Source of the DNA: an uncultured delta proteobacterium
Lineage (GTDB): Bacteria; Desulfobacterota; Syntrophorhabdia; Syntrophorhabdales; WCHB1-27
DNA: 64,000 bases
Assembly: GCA_963733345.1 (NCBI GenBank)
Contig: CAVTDX010000076.1
Span: 13,753 to 77,752, forward strand
Reading direction: 5' to 3'
The number at the start of each line of letters is the position of its first letter. The first letter of the stretch is position 1. The translations under genes and the position numbers were made by a program. Under the pieces are notes generated by a model. It was not told where the DNA came from. It made no database searches and saw nothing but the letters and a program-made list of their open reading frames with translations. This document shows, one piece after another, positions 19,745-28,898 of the stretch.

Positions 19745-20545
19745 TCATTCACCGCGCCTGGAAATTATTACCTCGGGGAGACTGACGAGACCTTTGGGCA
19801 AAACGTAGACGGCAATGAGCAGTATGACGGCAGAAATAAAAGGAGCGTAGAGTTTCAAATCCCGGAAAATCTCCGGGATCAAGAACAGTATAAGGGTCCC
19901 AATGATAGGTCCCGCGAAGCTGTCTACTCCGCCGACGAGTACGTACATGACGAGCCACAGGGTTGCCAGCAAGTTAAAAGTATAAGGAGACACTATTGAA
20001 CTGTAGTGGACATAGCTGGCCCCGGCAAGGCCTGCGAAGAAACATCCAACCCCGACTGCGAGGATCCGGTAGAAGCCTTCGCTGATGCCGACGCTTGAAG
20101 CAACCACGTGCGACTGCGCGACCGCCTTCAAATCTGTGCCGATGCGAGAGAATTCAAACCGGTAGAGGAAAAGACCCGTGACCAGTGTTAACCCCAGGAA
20201 GAAATAGTAATAGGATACCTTGCTGGCGAAAAGAGGCGGGATGCCCGTCAGACCGCCATAACTGCCGGTGTAAATGCCAAAGGCGTTGACAACATGGATT
20301 ACCCCGATTCCGAAGAAAAGACTCCCCAGCGCGTAGTATAATGCCCTCAGCCTGGAAAAGGGGTAGCCAATCAAAATGCCGAGAGCCATAGACGCCAATG
20401 CCCCAAAGGGGACGGCAAGCCAGACCGGCCAGGCGAGCCATCTTGCGGCCATGCCCGAAGCATAACCTCCAATGCCCATAAAGGCCGCGTGAGCCATGGG
20501 AAATTGGCCCGAAATGGTTATCGTACGGAGGCTCATACTAGGCAA
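19745..20545 (-). CDS. livM: branched-chain amino acid ABC permease (LivM-like), N-terminus in another frame
   Basis: GQFPMAHAAFMGIGGYA is a LivM core motif. Its N-terminal TM segments are encoded in frame with the upstream livH ORF. Confidence 0.75.
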   Translation of the reverse strand: MPSMSLRTITISGQFPMAHAAFMGIGGYASGMAARWLAWPVWLAVPFGALASMALGILIGYPFSRLRALYYALGSLFFGIGVIHVVNAFGIYTGSYGGLTGIPPLFASKVSYYYFFLGLTLVTGLFLYRFEFSRIGTDLKAVAQSHVVASSVGISEGFYRILAVGVGCFFAGLAGASYVHYSSIVSPYTFNLLATLWLVMYVLVGGVDSFAGPIIGTLILFLIPEIFRDLKLYAPFISAVILLIAVYVLPKGLVSLPEVIISRRGE

Positions 20546-21578
20546 TGATGAAGATGAAACTCATGATAAGAACGTGCAGCTTGTAAGGAGCGTCGAAAAA
20601 CACCGGCACAAAGGCGAAAACGACGAACAAGCCGCCATAAAAAATGAATTTTGCCAATTTTCCGCTGCCTATTTGACCTGCAGCGACCGCGCTCTCCGCT
20701 GATTGAGAATCACTTACAGCCTCAACCTCGTGGCCAAAGAAACCTTTAGGTTTGATGAGAAGAAGGACGACGACGATGCCGACAGCAACTGCGTCACTAG
20801 TGGCGCCGCCAGTGAGCACAGGAATAACGGCGTTGAGACCGCCCAGCACCAAGCCGGTTATAAAAATGCCGCCGATGCTGCCCACTCCCGCAAGGATAAC
20901 CAGCATAAGGCTTTTTACCAGCATGGAATCGCCTACGTACGGACCTAGACCTGAATAAGCGCCCATCATGCATCCCGCTATCGCAGCAAGAGCACAGCCG
21001 AGGCCGCAGGCTAGGGAGGAAACGCGGTGCACGTTGATGCCCTGCAGGGACGCTGCTTCGGCATTTTGCGCAATAGCCTGCATTTGTTGTCCCCATTTCG
21101 TTCGATTTACCAGCCAGACTGTGGCGCCTAGAAGGAGTGTGCCAACGGCGAACGTTACTACCCTTTCATGGCTGACGGCAAAGGGTCCAGCCTGGAAGAC
21201 CCCCTCCCAGAACGTCGGTATGGCAAGCGATTTGGTGCCCGCTATGATATTCACGGTAGTCTGCAAAATGACTGTGAGGGCGACGCCGATCATTATCATA
21301 CGGTTGAAGTTCCCAACAAAGGGGCGGAAGCAGAACCTCTCCAGGAATACGCCGAACGCGGCCGCTATGAGCGCTGTCAGCGCTAATCCCAACCAGTGCC
21401 CAACACCCCAGGCCGATATCAGCATGAAACCGATATAACCGGAAACCATGTATATGGCGCCGTGGGCAAGATTGAGTATCCCCAGCATGCTGAAAAGAAA
21501 CGCAAAGCCCAACGCCACAAGCACGTACATTGCTGACAGTATCAGCACATTGCTTATCGTTGCTACTGCCAGTTCCAT
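20538..21578 (-). CDS. livH: branched-chain amino acid ABC permease (LivH-like) running into the LivM N-terminus
   Basis: LivH body up to LLIKPKGFFGHEVEAV, then about 60 aa that look like the LivM N-terminus with no intervening stop. Confidence 0.8.
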   Translation of the reverse strand: MELAVATISNVLILSAMYVLVALGFAFLFSMLGILNLAHGAIYMVSGYIGFMLISAWGVGHWLGLALTALIAAAFGVFLERFCFRPFVGNFNRMIMIGVALTVILQTTVNIIAGTKSLAIPTFWEGVFQAGPFAVSHERVVTFAVGTLLLGATVWLVNRTKWGQQMQAIAQNAEAASLQGINVHRVSSLACGLGCALAAIAGCMMGAYSGLGPYVGDSMLVKSLMLVILAGVGSIGGIFITGLVLGGLNAVIPVLTGGATSDAVAVGIVVVLLLIKPKGFFGHEVEAVSDSQSAESAVAAGQIGSGKLAKFIFYGGLFVVFAFVPVFFDAPYKLHVLIMSFIFIIA

Positions 21579-21676
21579 ATCGTCATAGTCCCCTTTTCGC
21601 GCGTTATTTACGATATTTCGATAACCGGGGACAGGACCTTCGCCGGCCCCGGTTATCGAAGGAAAGAATAAATCTA

Positions 21677-22909
21677 CTATGGGATTACACCCGGGTCCAC
21701 TAATCCGGCGTTAACCGCCTTGCCATCCTTCAGCATCTGGAAGGGCTGGGGGTGGGAGACGGCGTGATGCTTGAGGCCATAAGTCTCGTCGCCGCACATC
21801 CTGCCCGTTCCCTGGAACGTCTGTACTTTGTCCATATTCTCCCACTTGGCTTTCACTACCGTAGGGTCAAGGCTCTGAGCTGCCTCGATGGCCTGTATAA
21901 GCACCCACAAGCAATCAGCGCCTTGAACAGTCATCGATTCGGTCTTTCCATATTTGGCGACGATCCTCTTACCCATTTCATTCATCAGACTTGTGTTGCC
22001 GGGATCAACCGGAGTTGCGGCGCACGTGAATACGTCTTTTGTCGCTTCCTTGCCTGCAATGGCAACCACATCATCCAATACCGTACCGATGATGCCCGCG
22101 TAAGGCTTCTTGTTGCCCAGGTTACGGAGCCCTTTCACGGTGCCAGCCACTCCCTGCACAATTCCATTCAGGTGAAATACGCCATCGGCGTCCTTAAGGG
22201 CATTGACCTTTGCAGCTATAGGGTTATAATCCGTCGCCTCATTCGAGTAGCCGATCGGATCGCCGACCATGGACATTCCGTTTAGGGCAAATAGCTTCTT
22301 CATTATTGGAGTCAGATAGGGTATAGAGCCGTCATCCGGGATTACAAAGGCGAGTTTCTTAACATTCGGATAGTGCTTCTTGTAAAACATAATAGTAGCA
22401 AGCGCCTCCCCGACGCTCGAATTGTAACCCAGGAACGCGTAAGGCGTGTTTTTGTCGCATTCCAAGGGTTGGTTTGTGGAAAAGGCAACGACGTATATCA
22501 CCTTGTTCGGATTCGCTATCGGCGCCACTGCAGCCGAAAAGAATGCCGCCGGACCGACGATGAACTTGACGCCCTTCTCGAAAATCAGCCTGTTCGCCCC
22601 GCTCGCGATACCTTCAAGCGTGCTTTTCCCGTCTTCTAGCGAGAGCTCAATTTGGTATTTCTCTCCCTTGATAGCGACGCCGCCCTTTTCATTTATCATG
22701 TCGGCGGCAAACTGTACTTCGTGCCAATCTCCAAGATCGTGACCCGAAAACCACCCGGTCACACTCTCGAGAGCACCAATCTTTAGAATCTTGGCGGGGG
22801 GTCCTGCTGCACCGGCGTCCCGACTTGAAACCGCAAGAAAGATTAACCCAAAGAAGAACAGGATTGAAACAACGCTCGCGCATAAAATCAAGTTCCTTCT
22901 GTTTTCCAT
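21677..22909 (-). CDS. periplasmic Leu/Ile/Val-type substrate-binding protein
   Basis: Signal peptide, 410 aa, Liv-type PBP pattern. First gene of the operon. Confidence 0.8.
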   Translation of the reverse strand: MENRRNLILCASVVSILFFFGLIFLAVSSRDAGAAGPPAKILKIGALESVTGWFSGHDLGDWHEVQFAADMINEKGGVAIKGEKYQIELSLEDGKSTLEGIASGANRLIFEKGVKFIVGPAAFFSAAVAPIANPNKVIYVVAFSTNQPLECDKNTPYAFLGYNSSVGEALATIMFYKKHYPNVKKLAFVIPDDGSIPYLTPIMKKLFALNGMSMVGDPIGYSNEATDYNPIAAKVNALKDADGVFHLNGIVQGVAGTVKGLRNLGNKKPYAGIIGTVLDDVVAIAGKEATKDVFTCAATPVDPGNTSLMNEMGKRIVAKYGKTESMTVQGADCLWVLIQAIEAAQSLDPTVVKAKWENMDKVQTFQGTGRMCGDETYGLKHHAVSHPQPFQMLKDGKAVNAGLVDPGVIP

Positions 22910-23188
22910 TTCGCTCCCCCTTATTTTGGTTTTAGCAGCATTCTAATAACTTTGGCCCTCCCATTTGCCAATAGATCGATCGTACACGCGCCTAACCGGC
23001 CCTAGCATTTGGACCTTAAGTTCTCGGATATAAAACACCATCTCCTTGATCAGCAAACGCGCTGTGCGCTTTTCCTGTTCCTCTAACGCGGCAAGGTGCG
23101 ACAGGATGTCTATCCGTATAGATCAGGGTCTCAACATAGACTCTAGCGGACAAAGCAGTCTCTTTGTCAAGCAAATTTTTCCGGAGGA

Positions 23189-23435
23189 GGGGATGCCCCA
23201 CGGAGGGCCGATGAGCCGGGAGCGTCACGTGGGGGACCTCGGGAACATCACGGCGGACAAGGACGGCAAGGCCCACTTCGAATGGACCGACAAGCTCCTT
23301 TCTCTTGAGGGACGCGACTCCATCGTAGGCCGCGGCCTCATAGTCCACGCCATGGCCGACGACCTGGTCTCGCAGCCGGCAGGCAACGCGGGTCCGAGGG
23401 TGGCGTGCGGCGTGATCGGGATCTCGGCGAAGTGA
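23189..23435 (+). pseudogene. duplicated 3' fragment of sodC
   Basis: Encodes [29 protein letters not shown] without the N-terminal half. Sequence upstream of 23183 is unrelated. Confidence 0.9.
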
Positions 23436-23603
23436 CGGGCTAAAGGACTCGCTGAAAAGTGAACAGGCCCATCGTTTTCTCCTTCACCATGTAAGGCTTT
23501 TGCCGCCGGAGCGGATTTCGATGGAGAGCGCGAAGTCGAGGGTTCGCCCACCGGAGCGTACTTTTAGGTACGTGAGGACGGCGCGGACCCGATGAGGACA
23601 AAG

Positions 23604-23879
23604 CTATCCGCGAAATATGCCCGGCCGCCCGCCCAACATGGCCGTTTCCAGGCGCTTGAGCCTATCTTCCAGTTCCATCAGCTCCTTGGCCTTGAGAACG
23701 CGGCAGATGACGTCGTTTGCGGCGACGCGCCGCACCCACTCGTTCTCGGAACCCAAAAGATCGACAAGGACGTCGACGGCGGCGCTCAGCCCGTTGCGGA
23801 GGCCGTCGAAGGCCTCATTGCTGGCCGTATTCCGGCGAGTGCTGAGAGCGGCGCGAAAACCGGGGTCCTCCCTTGCCAT
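23604..23879 (-). CDS. HTH-less paralog of the 47906..48313 gene
   Basis: Same 5' UTR and start (AGGAGATGGGTCATGGC) and about 65-70 percent identical C-terminal coiled-coil domain (SENEWVRRVAANDVICR). The ~55 HTH codons are absent in frame. Confidence 0.6.
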   Translation of the reverse strand: MAREDPGFRAALSTRRNTASNEAFDGLRNGLSAAVDVLVDLLGSENEWVRRVAANDVICRVLKAKELMELEDRLKRLETAMLGGRPGIFRG

Positions 23880-23944
23880 GACCCATCTCCTGCGTGATCC
23901 GGTCTTTTCGCCCCCTCTAAGAGTATGCCCGGTTCAGGATTTCC

Positions 23945-23996
23945 TGTCAAAATGACAACCAGGAGTGACAAGGAGGCATGACAACCAGGAGTGACA
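23945..23996 (-). repeat. four tandem 13-bp iteron-like repeats upstream of 23879
   Basis: Minus-strand units TGTCACTCCTGGT, TGTCATGCCTCCT, TGTCACTCCTGGT, TGTCATTTTGACA. Confidence 0.75.
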
Positions 23997-24046
23997 GAAG
24001 GCAGAATTTCAGCTTTTGATTCTGATCGTCCCCGAGCTTTCCCCCT

Positions 24047-24271
24047 TCAATGCTTTGTTCGGCCTGTTGATTTCTTTGCCAGGCTAATGAGAGAACGAAG
24101 CGCCTCATTGACTTCTTCTTCGGTGGTGAAGACTTTCGCCACGTCGGGGCTTATAAGCACAAGGTTCGTTCCTTTGCGGTAGGATTCAAAGTACTTTCCG
24201 CGAACTCCCACGCCAAGGTCTTCTCGCTTATATATCGGACGGAGATCATCCGGTGGTTTAGCCTCCCTCAT
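24047..24271 (-). CDS. brnA: BrnA-like antitoxin
   Basis: 74 aa. Overlaps the brnT stop. C-terminal RHH-like region. Confidence 0.65.
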   Translation of the reverse strand: MREAKPPDDLRPIYKREDLGVGVRGKYFESYRKGTNLVLISPDVAKVFTTEEEVNEALRSLISLAKKSTGRTKH

Positions 24272-24530
24272 AGATCACCCTTTCCTTGCGGTCCATTAGA
24301 CGCGCGTTTATGATTCGTGTTCGGCCTCTGCGTTCGGTATGCGAGACAACGATGAGCCGTTTTTGAAGCGAGAAGCCAAAAGTCAACTGTCTTTCTTCAT
24401 CCTCGGAATGGTCCGGGTCCAAAAATGTTATCGCCAGAGGATCGCCGAACACGCTCGCGGCCTCTTGAAATGCCACTCCGTGCTTTCTGAGATTTACCGC
24501 AGCCTTCTCGGGATCCCATTCAAATCTCAT
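24258..24530 (-). CDS. brnT: BrnT toxin (DUF497)
   Basis: MRFEWDPEKAAVNLRKHGVAFQEAASVFGDP..RIINARLMDRKE is a typical DUF497 sequence. Confidence 0.85.
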   Translation of the reverse strand: MRFEWDPEKAAVNLRKHGVAFQEAASVFGDPLAITFLDPDHSEDEERQLTFGFSLQKRLIVVSHTERRGRTRIINARLMDRKERVIYEGG

Positions 24531-24603
24531 AGCAGCCTTCTTACTACATATTATATCAGAACTGGAGTGCTGCGATAGTGAAATAAGGCCGGAGGCGGGT
24601 CTC

Positions 24604-24668
24604 GCCGCCTTTCGTTAAATTAACTTGTCTTTCCTTGTCCGTATTGATAAGATCGGGGTAGGGCGCTT
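24604..24668 (+). promoter_or_regulatory. conserved promoter-like element, copy A
   Basis: TTGTCT (24625-24630), 17-nt spacer, TGaTAAGAT extended -10 (24648-24653). Block shared with copies B and C. Points antisense into the DUF5615 gene. Confidence 0.5.
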
Positions 24669-24714
24669 TTACTTTCTGCGGCTTTGAGCGCTCTTTCGGG
24701 AGGCGGCGTAAGCA

Positions 24715-25065
24715 TCATTCGGAGAATCTTATTCTTACTCTGTTTGCTTCAACCGTAATTATGGCGCCTTTTTCTATTGCTTCCTTATAACGTTCAAGTA
24801 CATAAATACACGCATCGGCCTGTTTTCTCGCGGAGATATTGACCAATCTGATGATGCCGGAATGACGAATGTCTCGTACTATGGCCAACTCGGCGAAGTC
24901 CTTGTCCAGAGTTACCAGAACTCTGTGCTCCCGATGAGCGCATCCAAGGATTTCCAGGTCTCCCGGGTCCTCCGGCCAATCTCCCGCCCATTGCACGTCG
25001 TGGCCTTCCTGCATCAGTCTGGTTTTGGTTTTGCCCCAGACGCAGGTATCGAGAAGAATGTTCAT
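24715..25065 (-). CDS. DUF5615 (PIN/Mut7-C-like) putative toxin
   Basis: 116 aa. Overlaps the DUF433 stop. MNILLDTCVW..VLVTLDKDF pattern. Confidence 0.7.
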   Translation of the reverse strand: MNILLDTCVWGKTKTRLMQEGHDVQWAGDWPEDPGDLEILGCAHREHRVLVTLDKDFAELAIVRDIRHSGIIRLVNISARKQADACIYVLERYKEAIEKGAIITVEANRVRIRFSE

Positions 25066-25313
25066 GTGCCGGTTTTTTCGTATAACGGCTCCACCCGCTC
25101 GTGAGCAACAATCTTATGGGCATAAGCGATGCATGCCTGGATGTCTTCCGTTTCAAGCCACGGATAACCCTCGAGAATGGTTTCCGGCGAGTCTCCGGCA
25201 GCTAGCATGCCTAACACGTGCTCAACAGCCAGCCGTCGCCCCCTGATTATTGGCTTGCCGCCGAATATCTCCGGATTAATGGTGATCCTCTTCAGCAGCC
25301 TGTCCTCATCCAT
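25062..25313 (-). CDS. DUF433 putative antitoxin
   Basis: ITINPEIFGGKPIIRGRRLAVEHVLGMLAAGDSPETILEGYPWLETEDIQACIAYA is typical of DUF433. Confidence 0.8.
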   Translation of the reverse strand: MDEDRLLKRITINPEIFGGKPIIRGRRLAVEHVLGMLAAGDSPETILEGYPWLETEDIQACIAYAHKIVAHERVEPLYEKTGT

Positions 25314-25452
25314 GATTCACCTCATCGAATTGCATTTTCTAAGTATTATACACGACTTTTGCAATCCTCGCAGGAAACTGCCCGGAGAGAAAGACCATCC
25401 GATACGCCTTCATTGGCTATTCGTCCACTTACGTCTTGGTCGGCTAATCGCC

Positions 25453-25521
25453 GCCGCCGCCTTCCAATTAAATTAACTTGTCTTTCTTTGTCCGTATTGG
25501 TAAGATCGGGGTAGGGCGCTT
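25453..25521 (+). promoter_or_regulatory. conserved promoter-like element, copy B
   Basis: TTGTCT (25478-25483), 17-nt spacer, TGgTAAGAT (25501-25506). About 190 nt upstream of the nucleotidyltransferase gene. Confidence 0.5.
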
Positions 25522-25712
25522 GTCTGCGGAACTCGCTCAAAGCCGCAAAGGACTCGGTTTTCGCTCAGACAGTCCTCGCCATGCGCAACAACGCCGGGGA
25601 CCCGCCTTCCAAGCTTGCTATAGGCGGGTGGCAACGCTTCTTTGAGTCCTGAGGCTGGTGCCCGAGAGACTCCCGCAAGGCGTGCTCAGGAATACATCGG
25701 GGAGATGAGGCA

Positions 25713-26042
25713 ATGGCTTATGAACCAAGTCCGGAAATAACCGGCACGGTGAGGAAATACATCGAAGAGCTTGAGAAAAATCGAATTCATGTTTCCCAAG
25801 CCCTCATCTTCGGCTCTCATGCGAAAGGTACAGCCAACAATGAAAGCGATATCGATGTTGCGCTGGTTTCTGAGGCATTTACCGGGGACAGGTTTGAAGA
25901 CCGCAGAACGATAGTTCCTTTGAGAAGAAAGATCGACACAAGAATAGAGCCGATTCCGCTGAAACCGGAAGACTTCAACGATGGAGGCGCATTGGTTGAG
26001 GAGATAAAGCGGACAGGAATCGTGGTCCTTAAAAGCGGGTGA
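25713..26042 (+). CDS. MNT-type nucleotidyltransferase-domain protein (orphan)
   Basis: ALIFGSHAKGTANNESDIDVALV is a Pol-beta NTase motif. No HEPN partner is detectable nearby. Confidence 0.75.
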   Translation: MAYEPSPEITGTVRKYIEELEKNRIHVSQALIFGSHAKGTANNESDIDVALVSEAFTGDRFEDRRTIVPLRRKIDTRIEPIPLKPEDFNDGGALVEEIKRTGIVVLKSG

Positions 26043-26261
26043 GGTCAGGCGCGCGGAGGAGCATGCACGGGAGAGGCGCGGCACGCTCTGAAATGGTAAG
26101 ACCAGTGGGACAGTCGGAGCCAGGCGCGGGATAATATGTTCGGGCCGGGAAGCGGGGCTTCTTGAATAATTCAGGCGGCAGAAGTCATTCCGACGGTCTT
26201 TGGCTGAGGACGCGAGATCGAGAGGGAAAGTTATAATGGCATGGGCGTCTCTCTGGACCCT

Positions 26262-26308
26262 CCCTTGTCTTTTTTTGTCCGTATTGCTAAGATCGCATAT
26301 AGGGCGCT
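26262..26308 (+). promoter_or_regulatory. conserved promoter-like element, copy C (candidate cas operon promoter)
   Basis: TTGTCT (26265-26270), 17-nt spacer, TGcTAAGAT (26288-26293). About 200 nt upstream of cas3. Confidence 0.5.
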
Positions 26309-26491
26309 TCGCTGCCGGGAACCTTCAACGTCTTCAACATCGCAAGCCGCCGGGCAATCTGATTTTTTTGGGGATAGGGAGGGAAGAAAAGTGGTACGGG
26401 CATAGTCTTTCACAATGACGTGTCAGAAAGTTGGTAGTTTTACGTGGGAACACTTTCGGCTCCGGGAGCAAAAATCTAAAAGGACGCCAAA

Positions 26492-28898
26492 ATGAAGGGG
26501 CCTCCAGATCGAGTTATCAGCTCTGCTTTTTACGGTCGAATCCTTCGTGAGGACAAGGCCAAGAAACAGCTCTTGAGATCTCATCTCCGAAACGTAGCCG
26601 AAAGGACATTGGAGTCTGCAAAGGAAGCGCAGCCTGTCCGTGCGAACGAAGGTCAGGAAACAAAGCGCTGGAAGGAGAACTTCCACAATACAGCACATGC
26701 TGCTGGTTTATTGCACGACTTAGGAAAATACCGCAAAGAATTTCAGGAATACCTTCTTGGTCAAAGAGGGCGCAGCACAGAAACAAACCATGCCGCATAC
26801 GGTTCTGCTGCTGCCGCACACCAGTTTGGCGACGATGCCTCAGCGTTTGCTATTGCCGGACATCATGCAGGGCTTCATGACCTTGCGATGTTGGACGATC
26901 TGGTCAACGGCCCAAAGTACAGCGCCTATGAGAAGTATGGTCAATTGCTTACACTGGCCCAGGGTGAAAGAGAATTGGGCGCTTTTCCGGAATCCAATCC
27001 TGCCACCATGGGCAGTTCTGATGACAGCGAAAAGCGTCGCCATGAATTCATGATCCGAATGCTGTTTTCCATCGTCGTTGATTCCGATCGTTTAGATGCT
27101 GAGCGCTGGGAAATGGAGCAGAAAGCAGGAAAGCCCTGGCAGCGACAGATCAGCAAACTTGATGCTGCAGGCCTTCTGCACCGGATTCAGGCAGTAAGGG
27201 AGCAAAAGAAACGTGAACGTCCCGAGGATGATCTCAACCATCTGCGCAACACAATCTTCGATGCCGGTATGGATAAAGGCGAGCGACTACCTCAGGGTTT
27301 CTTTAGCCTCACCGTGCCCACAGGCGGGGGAAAAACCCTGTCCTCCATGGCCTTTGCCCTTGCACACGCCAAAAAACATGATCTCAGGCGGGTGATCGTG
27401 GTAATCCCCTACCTATCCATCATAGAGCAGAATGCCAAAGAATACAGAGATGCTCTTGGCGACAGGATTGTATTGGAGCATCATTCTGCCGTTGAAGTCC
27501 TGTCAGACGCCCGAAGGCCTGATAGCGGGGAACCTAATGAACCAACGAATATCTCCGATCTAGAGAAAGCGATGGAAAACTGGGATATGCCGGTAATTGT
27601 TACTACGAGCGTCCAGTTTATCGAAACGCTCTTTGCCGCGTCTCCGGGACAGGCTCGCAAGCTGCATAGCATAGCGCAGAGCGTCGTGGTATTCGACGAA
27701 GTGCAGACATTGCCGACCCACCTTCTTGAACCGACACTGAATGTGTTGCGTGAATTGAGGGATCACTGGGGTGTCAGCATCCTTTTCTGTTCGGCTACAC
27801 AGCCTGCATTCAAGAAATCAGCTACTCTAAGAAATGGATTTGAACCAAATGAGATGGTTCCAATAGTTTCAGAACCGGAACGGGTATTCAAAACACTCCG
27901 CCGAGTGGACTACCGTGTAGAACCCAAGGAGAACCCTGTCGATTGGCGAACCCTTGCTGAAAGAATGACCGCTCATCCGCAAGCCCTGTCCGTTCTTAAC
28001 GTCCGTCGTCAGGCTTTTGGGCTTTGGGAGGCCCTGCATGCGCGCCTGCGGGAGAGAGTCTACGGTGAAGAAGTGCGGGAGGCACTGTTTCATCTATCCT
28101 CGGCCATGTGCCCGGCCCATCGTTTGGATTTACTCGGACTCTCGAAGAACCCACCATGCAATAATATTAAGACAAGGCTCAAGAGCGGCAAGCCATGCTG
28201 GGTCGCCTCCACGCAATTGGTCGAAGCAGGGGTTGATATCGACTTTCCAATTGTTTTCAGGGCCATGGGTCCTCTTGATTCCCTTGTACAGGCGGCCGGA
28301 AGATGCAATCGAGAGGGATTACTGCGCGATAAGCAAGGAAACTTCTGCCGTGGGCAGGTCGTTATCTTCTACCCCTCCGATGCTAGAGCTGCCGCCTGGA
28401 ATTTACAGTATAGGGACAAGCATTACCCCTGCCTATCTTGAACCGGAAAAACTCGCCGAAGATCCAGCCATTTTTGCCCGATACTTCCACGAACTCTACC
28501 AGATTACGCCAACGGATTTTACCCGGATCGGGCAACATACTATTCAGGAATATCGTGCTGAGTTCAGGTTTCGCAAGGTGGCTGAACACGCGCGAGTCAT
28601 AAAGGATGCGACCATTTCTGTGATCGTGCCGTACGGCAAGGGCAAGGAAATGATCGGTGATGTCCGCCGCGAAAAAGACTTCGATTTCAAAACCCTGCGC
28701 CAGTTGCAGCGATATATGGTAAGTATCCGCAATCAGGGACCTTATTCTGATTTTGCGAAACTGAAAGCGATTGGAGCCATAACGCCGCTCCTGCACGACC
28801 GTCTGGAAATCCCTGTGCTCGCTGATTGGTGTTACAAAACCGACCCACCCCTTGGGGTGGTAATCGAGAATAGACCAATGGAGGACTTTTTCCAATGA
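26492..28898 (+). CDS. cas3: Cas3 HD nuclease/helicase, frameshifted as assembled near 28385-28400
   Basis: HD domain (LLHDLGKY, GHHAGLHD, VDSDRLDAE) and helicase motifs (TVPTGGGKT, VVFDEVQ, SATQP). The C-terminal domain continues in another frame (ORF 28017..28898) and ends with ATGA coupling to cas5. Confidence 0.85.

Noticed and set aside
24590-24625. The hairpin AGGCGG-GTCTCG-CCGCCT followed by TTCGTT, as a plus-strand terminator upstream of promoter-like copy A.
   Set aside because: No plus-strand gene ends here, and the stem is absent from copies B and C. It may be fortuitous or a bidirectional terminator for brnT; this is unresolved.
26043-26491. A HEPN partner for the MNT nucleotidyltransferase, or another small defence gene between MNT and cas3.
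   Set aside because: The ORFs here (26200..26418, 26231..26413) have no RxxxxH motif or any other recognisable motif, and they overlap promoter-like repeat copy C.
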